From a virus (taxonomy: Duplodnaviria; Caudoviricetes), in IMG/VR virus record IMGVR_UViG_3300012983_000039, positions 1 through 64,000 of that record: a DNA stretch of 64,000 bases; one strand, written 5' to 3'. Shown piece by piece: positions 41,953 to 50,200 of this stretch. The position numbers were made by a program, and so were the translations under genes. Positions within the stretch are counted from its first letter, which is position 1; the number at the start of each line of letters is the position of its first letter. The notes beneath the pieces were generated by a model, which saw only the letters and a list, made by a program, of their open reading frames with translations, was not told the DNA's origin and did no database searches.

Positions 41953-42689
41953 TTAGCTTGAAACTAAAATATGAAGAAATTAAAAAAACTATTGAAGAAG
42001 CAAATTGGACTTTAATTTCAGAAACCTATAAAAATTTGAACACAGATTTACAACTGCTTTGTCCGCTAGGTCATGAAGTATATATGACCTATGCTGACTG
42101 GCGTAATAAAGCTGAATGTTTAATATGTAAAAAATCTCCTATTGTTAAAATCAATGAAAAACCTAAAAAAAAGAAAGGTTATAGAATATTAGCTTTAGAC
42201 CAATCTACTAATACTACAGGTTGGAGTTTATTTGAAGATGGAAAGTTGTTGAATTATGGACAATGGACTTCTACCGGAAATGAAACAATACAGAAAATTA
42301 GCTGTGTAAAGACTTGGTTATCAACTATGATTGATAAACACCAACCAGATAAAATTATTTTAGAAGATATACAATTACAAAGTTATATTACTAGCAATAA
42401 CAATAGTGGAGATATGGTTTTAACATACAAAAAACTCGCCGCCCTACAAGGAGTTTTATGTAATTTCCTCTATGAAAATGGAATTTCATATACAATTGTG
42501 CCACCAGCGACTTGGAGAGAACACAGTAGTATCAAAGGAAAAACTAGAAACGATAAAAAGAAGAGCGCTCAAATTCGAGTTAAAAACATTTATGAAATAG
42601 ATGTTAATGTGGACGTAGCTGAAGCTATTCTGATTGGTGATTGGGCTACGGAAAAAATAAAAACAGTAGAAAAAGTAAGTTTCTACTAA
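41949..42689 (+). CDS. ruvC: RuvC-like Holliday junction resolvase with an N-terminal zinc finger
   Basis: CPLGH..CLIC; LALDQSTNTTGW, ILED, DVAEAILIG. Confidence 0.78.
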   Translation: MISLKLKYEEIKKTIEEANWTLISETYKNLNTDLQLLCPLGHEVYMTYADWRNKAECLICKKSPIVKINEKPKKKKGYRILALDQSTNTTGWSLFEDGKLLNYGQWTSTGNETIQKISCVKTWLSTMIDKHQPDKIILEDIQLQSYITSNNNSGDMVLTYKKLAALQGVLCNFLYENGISYTIVPPATWREHSSIKGKTRNDKKKSAQIRVKNIYEIDVNVDVAEAILIGDWATEKIKTVEKVSFY

Positions 42690-42696
42690 TAAAAAA

Positions 42697-42730
42697 GAAG
42701 AGGAGTAGATTAATTTCTACTCCTCTTTCT
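42697..42730. terminator. bidirectional terminator where the + and - strand blocks converge
   Basis: AGAGGAGTAGA..TCTACTCCTCT flanked by A and T runs. Confidence 0.8.
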
Positions 42731-43092
42731 TATTTTACTTTGTAAATATTCCATATATATCTGTCTGAACAATCGAAGGTATCATAAAGAGTTCCATTTA
42801 AAACGCAAGTAATATGACCGTTCATAGTAATAAGCCATCTACCTTTTAAATTTAATTTTAAAAAATCCTCTACCGTTTTAACTCTTTCTGTTGGATAAAA
42901 TTTTTCAAATCTTTCTGCTAGATATTCGTTAATGAAATCTACTTCCGTAAAAGTAATTCCTTTTCTACACCCATAATCAGATAGCATTTTATAGGTCTTG
43001 GTCCAACTCCAATTTAAAGCTAATGAAATTGCTCGAACAACACAGTCATTAACTTTTCTTCCTAAAGGATTGGCATTGTAATATTCCCACAT
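42730..43092 (-). CDS. putative papain-fold (C39-like) cysteine peptidase
   Basis: NDCVVRAIS (Cys), GHITCV (His), YDTFD (Asp) in catalytic-triad order. Confidence 0.55.
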   Translation of the reverse strand: MWEYYNANPLGRKVNDCVVRAISLALNWSWTKTYKMLSDYGCRKGITFTEVDFINEYLAERFEKFYPTERVKTVEDFLKLNLKGRWLITMNGHITCVLNGTLYDTFDCSDRYIWNIYKVK

Positions 43093-43637
43093 TAGATTTT
43101 TTTCATTTTTTCTAAATGTTTCCTTATTACTTCTTTTTCTTTAGGAGTTTCAGCAAAGTCAGCAAGAGACTCTACAAACATACAAACCGCCGCCATAGCC
43201 ATTTCAATACCATCTATCATACGGCTTTCACCGTCTCCATGGCGATATCTGTCTCGTCCTTCGTTATAGGCGTCCATACCTTCCATCATTCTTTCCATAT
43301 AACGTTCGGAGCGTTCGTCTAAATAAGGATAATTTCCATATCTACCTCTTGCTTCCCAACGACCATCGTTATAACCTCTTTCATTATAACCTCTGTCATA
43401 GCCCCTTTCATTATAACCATCTTCCATATATCTTCCTCTACTATCACGTCTTTGGAACATATTATAATCACCACCCTTTTCTTCATCAATTTCAGATTGA
43501 TAGTATTTAGCTTCTTTTATATCCTTGTAAATATCTATAAGCTTAAAAGTAGTTTCAAGATTAGAAGAACTTATCCCTTTTTCAGCTATAGCTCCTAATT
43601 CTTTTTCTACTTTTTCAAGCAACTTGTTCATATCCAT
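43092..43637 (-). CDS. hypothetical protein with RGYNE/RGYD repeats
   Basis: RRDSRGRYM, (RGYNE/D)n, helical termini. Confidence 0.7.
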   Translation of the reverse strand: MDMNKLLEKVEKELGAIAEKGISSSNLETTFKLIDIYKDIKEAKYYQSEIDEEKGGDYNMFQRRDSRGRYMEDGYNERGYDRGYNERGYNDGRWEARGRYGNYPYLDERSERYMERMMEGMDAYNEGRDRYRHGDGESRMIDGIEMAMAAVCMFVESLADFAETPKEKEVIRKHLEKMKKI

Positions 43638-43640
43638 TTC

Positions 43641-44036
43641 TTATCCCTCCTCTGTAGTAGTTTCAATAGGTAATGCTGAGGCGGCACGAGAACATCCAGA
43701 ACAACCTGTCTTAGCTAATAGTTTAAAAACTCCGCTTTGAATATCTGTATGAACTTTTACAGGATAAATTTTTCTAGGGTAAATCTGACAAGCATTTACA
43801 TTAGAACAATTACAATTTACTAAAGGATAAGCTGTTGTATCTGTTCCAATTGTAATTGATACTGTCGCCGCAATTGTTGTTTCCTCTGGAATTTCCTGAG
43901 CAATTAGTAAACAATATCTTTCGCAATTACCATAAGAACCTTCTGGCAAATTAATAGTTAATACTCCATCGGCAAAAGTAATTGCTTGTGAGAGAACAAG
44001 TCTCTCACAAACACATTTAACACTAGGACAACTCAT
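43641..44036 (-). CDS. Cys-rich beta-sandwich-like hypothetical protein
   Basis: 11 Cys in 131 aa; GGAGG RBS. Confidence 0.7.
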   Translation of the reverse strand: MSCPSVKCVCERLVLSQAITFADGVLTINLPEGSYGNCERYCLLIAQEIPEETTIAATVSITIGTDTTAYPLVNCNCSNVNACQIYPRKIYPVKVHTDIQSGVFKLLAKTGCSGCSRAASALPIETTTEEG

Positions 44037-44049
44037 ATGTTATCCCTCC

Positions 44050-44946
44050 TTAGCAGCAAGCGCCGCAACCGTTATTTAAAAAAGCATTAACTGGAAAAGT
44101 CTGATAAGGACTCATTACCGGATAAGCTGGCTTAGGACAAGGCTGAAGTTGTTCAATTAAAGCTCTTGTCTGTGAGTTCTGAGAAAGCTGGAATTGAGCA
44201 GATTGAAGTTCTGTTCTAAGCTTATCCATTTCAGACTGAACAAGATGATTGATTATTCTATCTGTGTTTCTATCAGCATTAGTAATAATATCACAAGTCT
44301 GTTGAGCTAAAGCATACTTAATATTTTCTTGTCCTCTTTCAAGATTGCAACAACAGCTTGCTAACTGATTAGCTAATGAATTGAAGCCAGCCTGTGTATT
44401 AAATCTGCTTTCCATAAGTCCCTGTTTAGTTTCACAGCAACAATCTTTGATGTTGTAGTTAGTCTGCGCTATAGCGGAATTAATTCCATTAAAGCCTTGA
44501 CACAGTGTTGACTGTAAACCATTAAAACCTTGAAGATTTGCTCTATCTGCCGCACACATAGCTTGCTGGAACTGAGTGCCAAGATTTGTTATACCGAGAT
44601 TTACGCTATAAAAACCATCACACAGACCTCTTTCAAGACCTCTCTGTCCATTATCTAACTGATTAAAGTTAAAAGCATCAGTTAAACTTTGCTGAGTTGC
44701 CGGAACACAACAAGCATTATAGCCAAAGCTGCCAAAGCCACCAGTTGGAACTACTACTGTATTTGTGCCGCCATCGCAACCACAACCATTTCCACCGTTA
44801 TTGCCCCAGCCACGACCATTCATTCCTAAGAATAATATAAGAACGATAATCCACCAACCAGAGCCATCACCAAAACCATTATTCGAACCATTGCCACCAT
44901 TTCTGAGCGCCAATGCGTCCGCCACCGTAAGACCTTTTTCTTCCAT
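44050..44946 (-). CDS. Gly/Asn/Cys-rich protein with a hydrophobic segment and long coiled coil
   Basis: GGAGG RBS before MEEKG; GWWIIVLILFLG; two CCC motifs; heptad-like Q/N-rich helix; C-terminal GCGACC. Confidence 0.75.
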   Translation of the reverse strand: MEEKGLTVADALALRNGGNGSNNGFGDGSGWWIIVLILFLGMNGRGWGNNGGNGCGCDGGTNTVVVPTGGFGSFGYNACCVPATQQSLTDAFNFNQLDNGQRGLERGLCDGFYSVNLGITNLGTQFQQAMCAADRANLQGFNGLQSTLCQGFNGINSAIAQTNYNIKDCCCETKQGLMESRFNTQAGFNSLANQLASCCCNLERGQENIKYALAQQTCDIITNADRNTDRIINHLVQSEMDKLRTELQSAQFQLSQNSQTRALIEQLQPCPKPAYPVMSPYQTFPVNAFLNNGCGACC

Positions 44947-44974
44947 AAATAAAACCTCCATTAAAATATATTTA

Positions 44975-45202
44975 TTACTTTAATAGACTTAGAAAATTAT
45001 TTAACTCCTGACCAAAGTTCTGTCCTCTTTGTCTAAAAAAGTTTTCAGCTATTGAATTGATACTATTAGTATCTCCTTTTTCGGCATATTGAATAAGTTC
45101 ATTAATCATAGGATCATTTATATTATTATTTTTAATATAAGACATCACTATTTGCTGAGGGTTTTGCCCTTTAACTAAATTAATAAAATCCATATTTATC
45201 AT
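44975..45202 (-). CDS. small hypothetical protein (GQNPQQ type)
   Basis: Coupled to neighbouring genes in the operon. Confidence 0.65.
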   Translation of the reverse strand: MINMDFINLVKGQNPQQIVMSYIKNNNINDPMINELIQYAEKGDTNSINSIAENFFRQRGQNFGQELNNFLSLLK

Positions 45203-45621
45203 AAATTCCAATCACCCTTTCCTTTTGAAGTGTTTTGTATATCAGATATCTTTTGTTCTATCTGACTTAATCGTTTTTCATATTGTTGGAGCTGAGAAAC
45301 TATTTCATTTTCTTCTTGTTTTACTTCCTCTTGTGTTGACTGTGTTTTGTTTATATCCAAGGGAGCAATTTTATAAGCCCAAAATAAAGGGTTTCCATTC
45401 TGCATGGTTTTAATATACATTACTCCTTCCTGTAGACATAAAGCTACTGAAATTCCCGCTCCCACCGGAACATTAGCCACCTCTAAAGTTGAGTTAATAT
45501 TATATACATTACCTTGAGGTTGGGGAAATAAAGGCTGAACATTCTGTTGAAATTGCGCCGCCCCTTGTGAAAAACACATATTTTGATTTTGACCTTGATT
45601 TGTATTATAATTGTAGGACAT
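45199..45621 (-). CDS. Gln/Asn-rich hypothetical protein with a C-terminal coiled coil
   Basis: GAGGTG RBS; YIKT..NG.P motif. Confidence 0.7.
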   Translation of the reverse strand: MSYNYNTNQGQNQNMCFSQGAAQFQQNVQPLFPQPQGNVYNINSTLEVANVPVGAGISVALCLQEGVMYIKTMQNGNPLFWAYKIAPLDINKTQSTQEEVKQEENEIVSQLQQYEKRLSQIEQKISDIQNTSKGKGDWNL

Positions 45622-45678
45622 TTTATCACCTCACTTATCCTTTCACCTAATAGTGAATTTTAAAAACCAAAAATTAAA

Positions 45679-45750
45679 AAAATTGGATAAACATAAGGAA
45701 AGTTCTATTTTTTAGACAATTTCATTTTCCTTATATTTATCCATTTTTTA
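45679..45750 (-). terminator. long imperfect hairpin separating tail genes from the six-gene module
   Basis: TGGATAAATATAAGGAAA..TTTCCTTATGTTTATCCA plus T-run on the minus strand. Confidence 0.6.
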
Positions 45751-45754
45751 CAAA

Positions 45755-46120
45755 TTATTCTTTAATAAAAGGCATCAGAACCTCTAATGTATCCCAGCTT
45801 AATTGAATTGGTTCTAGCTCTTCTAAATTAATATAGACTTCCGGCATTTCTATTTCTTCATTTTCAAAACAAGTTAACTCTAATCCTAATTCTTCCACTC
45901 TATCATCTGGAAATTGAATAGACTTTGTTTCTTCATTATAAGTGCCACCATAACGTTCTCTTAATTCCTCTATTAAAATTCCATAATATTCTAATTCTTT
46001 TTTAACAATATCTTGTATTTTTAATATTCTATATTTTGTTGAAATTTTTAAATTCTCTTTTGATTTAATTTCTTCAAGGGCAGCGCCAAGTGGTGCTATT
46101 AATCTTCTTTTAATTGTCAT
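45755..46120 (-). CDS. hypothetical protein
   Basis: 121-aa ORF with GGAGG RBS. Confidence 0.7.
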   Translation of the reverse strand: MTIKRRLIAPLGAALEEIKSKENLKISTKYRILKIQDIVKKELEYYGILIEELRERYGGTYNEETKSIQFPDDRVEELGLELTCFENEEIEMPEVYINLEELEPIQLSWDTLEVLMPFIKE

Positions 46121-46131
46121 ATTTTTCCTCC

Positions 46132-47286
46132 TTAAAATTGAGAAATTAAAATTTTATTTTCTGGATAATTGCTTATATTAGAAACAGCGTCCGAGGCTGT
46201 AAAAAAACCTGTGTTCGCAATACAACCTATTAACCTAGTTGGTCCAGAATTAATTGTAATATGGCTTCTTATTTCTCTATTCACAATTTTATTTTCCAAT
46301 TCAGTTTCAATTGAACGATAAGGACCATAACCGTATCCAGAGTATCCGAAGTTTTGAAAAGGATAACAGCTTGCTATTTGATAGAATTTTCCCTGTAGAT
46401 TATAAATATTTCCATTCATTAAGTTATTATACACATAATCTTTTATTTCTGTTGGGTAGCTATATGAAGATGAAAGAGTTGGATATCCTCTGCCGCCCCA
46501 ACCAGAAAAACCACCATCTCTTTTTAAAGTTGTTATAATTGATTCACCATTACGTCCATGAAGAAAATAAACTGAACGTAAGAGTTTCGCATATACTCCA
46601 AAATTCATTAATTGAGTTTGTTTATCTCCTATGTCTCCCAATTCATCTCTACATAGTTGACACATTACAGATAATTCATAATCTGTAATTAAATTTTCAT
46701 CAAGTTTTTGAGAATAATAATGTTCCATTTTTGAAGTTGGTATCAAAGATGTTTCAACTGGAAAATTTCCATTGACTTCCTTAACTTTTAAATATCTAAA
46801 AAGTTTATTTAAAAAGCCACATGGATTAGAAGGAGGAGTTAATCTAAACTCCTCTCTATCCGTCCATATTCTACTTACATCAGAACCATACCAAGTTCCT
46901 TTTCTTATCTGTAAATGTAAATGAGGTCCAGAACTATAACCGGTATTACCAGAAGTTCCTATAATCTGTCCATTTTTAACTATATCGCCTTCATTCACAT
47001 CAACTGTTTTGAGATGCATGTATGTAGCATAGTAGGTTTCTCCTAAATTTTGAAATTCAATTACAATACAATTGCCCGTTTCCGTAGTGCTTCCGCCATA
47101 CCAAGTATTATAATTTCTATCTTTTCGAGTTAAGAAAATTTTTCCGTCTGTAATCGCATAAATTGGAGTGCCTTCTGGAATGGCAAAATCAACAGAGTCT
47201 GTTCCATCGTGTGAATGGTAGCCCGGCACATCATCATCATTAACAAAACGTCCATTTTGAATTGGAAAACTCCATATGTGTTTCAT
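46132..47286 (-). CDS. M23 family peptidoglycan peptidase (virion- or lysis-associated)
   Basis: H..DSVDFA, YMHL, GNTGYSSGPHLH. Confidence 0.88.
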   Translation of the reverse strand: MKHIWSFPIQNGRFVNDDDVPGYHSHDGTDSVDFAIPEGTPIYAITDGKIFLTRKDRNYNTWYGGSTTETGNCIVIEFQNLGETYYATYMHLKTVDVNEGDIVKNGQIIGTSGNTGYSSGPHLHLQIRKGTWYGSDVSRIWTDREEFRLTPPSNPCGFLNKLFRYLKVKEVNGNFPVETSLIPTSKMEHYYSQKLDENLITDYELSVMCQLCRDELGDIGDKQTQLMNFGVYAKLLRSVYFLHGRNGESIITTLKRDGGFSGWGGRGYPTLSSSYSYPTEIKDYVYNNLMNGNIYNLQGKFYQIASCYPFQNFGYSGYGYGPYRSIETELENKIVNREIRSHITINSGPTRLIGCIANTGFFTASDAVSNISNYPENKILISQF

Positions 47287-50200
47287 TTATATATCCTCCT
47301 CTACATAATAAGTTATATTACTTATATTAGTTTGTGCCGCCGACCCAGCATTTTCTGTTGTTTCATTAGGAGCAATTCGTAAATTTAATTCGTCTAAAAA
47401 GTCTTGAATTGGTATCCAAGTTATTTCATTATATAAAGTAGCTGAAGAAGTTCCGGCATTTTCATATTTAGAACTCATTAATCCAATATAACCATTTTCT
47501 AAAACTGTTTTAATTAATCCTTCTTCTCTTAAAAAACTTTTTACTTTTGTCTCACTTATTTTCCCATCTTCGATTTTTTCAGAATGTTGATAAACTGTTC
47601 TACCAGAATAACCTTTTACCTCGTTTTCAACTTTCTTTCCACCTATGTCGTGATAGTGAGTAATAAGCCCCAAATTTGAAACCGTTTGAATAACTTCATC
47701 GATACGATCTTCTACATATTCTTTAATATTAAGATTACCTATTGTAATTCCATTTTTATTTAAGGTAATTGTATTATTATCTTCTTCTATTGAAATTTCA
47801 TCTGAAAAATTTGATAGAGTATTATCTTCCTCTTTATCTCCTAGTTCTTTTACCTTACCGCCTATATACAAACTACCATCATCTAAAATTGAGAATAAAT
47901 TCATATATTGATTGTTCTCTAATTTTACACAACTAAACAGTCGTTCAGTATTAACCTTATCAGTTCCTTTATTCTTTTTATTATTAATAAAGATACCAAT
48001 ATTTTCTGTTTCAGTAGTCAATGTTTCTTCTGAACCTTCTATTTTTTCTGTATAATATATGATCGATGGTCCGGCGGCGCTCACATATAAAGTTTCGTGT
48101 ATAGTAGATACAGGAAGAGTTTTAAACTTTTCATTATATAAATGAACATTAATAAAATAACTTAATTCATTTATAGTATTAAGGTCTTTATCAGTAAGAA
48201 GTTCAAAATCTTTTTCCTCTAAAGTTTGAGAAAGAGCTATTGGGCGAATGCCTTGACCAGTTTCATAAAGTTTATTATTATTTGTGTTATAAACATATTG
48301 TTTATCTAAATATTCTAAATAGGAATTTTCGCCTAAGAATGTTTGCTTAAAAATAAATTGATAAGTGATGCCTAAATAATAGTAATCACCTAGATAATAA
48401 TATTCTGAAAATTCTTTTAAATTTGAAATTTCAATATAATCTTCTTCTGTTTTATAGAAATTTATACCACTATAATTTAAAAGCTCTTCTTGTGGATTAT
48501 CAGCTAAAATTATTTTTTCAATAGCTTCGTATAACGTTTCGTTATCTTCTGTTTTATATAAATAAAGTAAATTATCTCCTAAAATTGAAACTAAAGGATA
48601 ACAGCTACGTTGGGTTGTTTTAACTTTAGGCTTTTGATATTTATTAGGATTATAAATTTTACTTTGTAATTTATCAGCTACAAACATTTCACCGCCCAAT
48701 GATAAACGAGCCGCATATCTAGAGTTTGTTGTTTCAGTTTTAAAAATTGGCTGTCCTTTATCATCGTAAAGAAAGAAACCTATGGAATTTTCTTTGGTTA
48801 TATCTTGTTCTTTACTAAAATCACCTTGTGCTGCCGCCTCAGCATTATAACTATATCCAGCTCTTAATCTTAATTTTTTATCTTCAACTAATGATAAACC
48901 ATATTTATTAAATTTAACAAAATCTCCAAATTGTTCTTTATTTTCATCTGTCGCTTGCGGCGAGCGATAAGCTGTAATACCAGAATTATCCCACAAGAAA
49001 TAAACATATTTTCCATCTATAATCTGTATTTTATTAGTATCAAGAGTGCCGGCATTAATATAAGTAGCATTAATTCCTTTTGGAGATACTCCAGTATCCC
49101 AAGTTTGTCCACCATTATTTGAGAAAAATAAACCCTGACCATTAAGCTTATATTTACAATTGTGGTTATTTATGTCGCTACCAGATTGTCCATTATAATC
49201 TATTTTTAAATTATCCTCTTTAGTTTCTAATAAAATTAGTTGATTATCCAATAAACTATTTTGAAGAGAATTAGTTGTGATATTTTTTGTAGCTGTAAAA
49301 TTATTAGAACGCTTATATGTGTTCTCATTCATTGTAATAGATTGAACTGTAGCATTTATTTTTTCAAATAATTCTTCAAAATCAGATTTATAATTCTGAA
49401 CTTTTATTGATGTTTGATTTTGTACATCTAAATGCTCAGTTATTTCTACAACCATTACTTTAATTTTATTAGGTAAACCATTAATTTTATTTATTCCTAA
49501 TAAATCTTCGTCTTCAATAAAAGAAGTATCGCACAAATCCATTGAGTAATCGTCATCTAATATAGATAAATCTGTTATGGTTATATTATAACTAGCTTTC
49601 GGTTTAGAGCTTTCTTTTTCGGCGGCTAATGCCCCATGATAGTAAGCATTTCCATTTAAATAATTACTATCAACCCAAGTTCCTTCCTTTAAAAAAGGTT
49701 CGTATTTTTTAAAGAAAGTTAAGGATAATTTATTAATCGCATTAAGATATTTTACCTTTTCTTTTGTCCATTTTTGAATTTGTTTATATTGTTCTGAGTA
49801 AAGTCCCATTAGTCCATAGTTAGTGTATTTATAATTATCTAAAAATTCTTTTTTATATTCAGAGAAAGTAGTTCCTTCAAGTTCTTTTAAAAAGTCCTCC
49901 GCTGTTCCACTTGTTGTAATAGGTTCTCCAGTTAAGAAAGAATTGTAGAAGCCATTAGTGAAAAAAGTCTTTTCAATTAATCCAAACAAAATATTTTTTT
50001 GCTCACTGAACTTTATTTCATAAGAAGAATAAACTTCACTTTTTTCTTCATTCTCTTTGGGCATAAATTTTAACATTAAATTTTTTATTCGATTAAGCTC
50101 TTGTTGAGCTACCTCAATTCCCGTTAAATTAACTTCTATATTTGCAGATAACTCTATCAACGACTCTTTTTGTAGATTAATTATTTTATTAGATAGTATA

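Noticed and set aside
43360-43425. 15-bp RGYNE-coding repeats as a DNA-level element
   Set aside because: In-frame low-complexity protein repeat within the 43092..43637 gene
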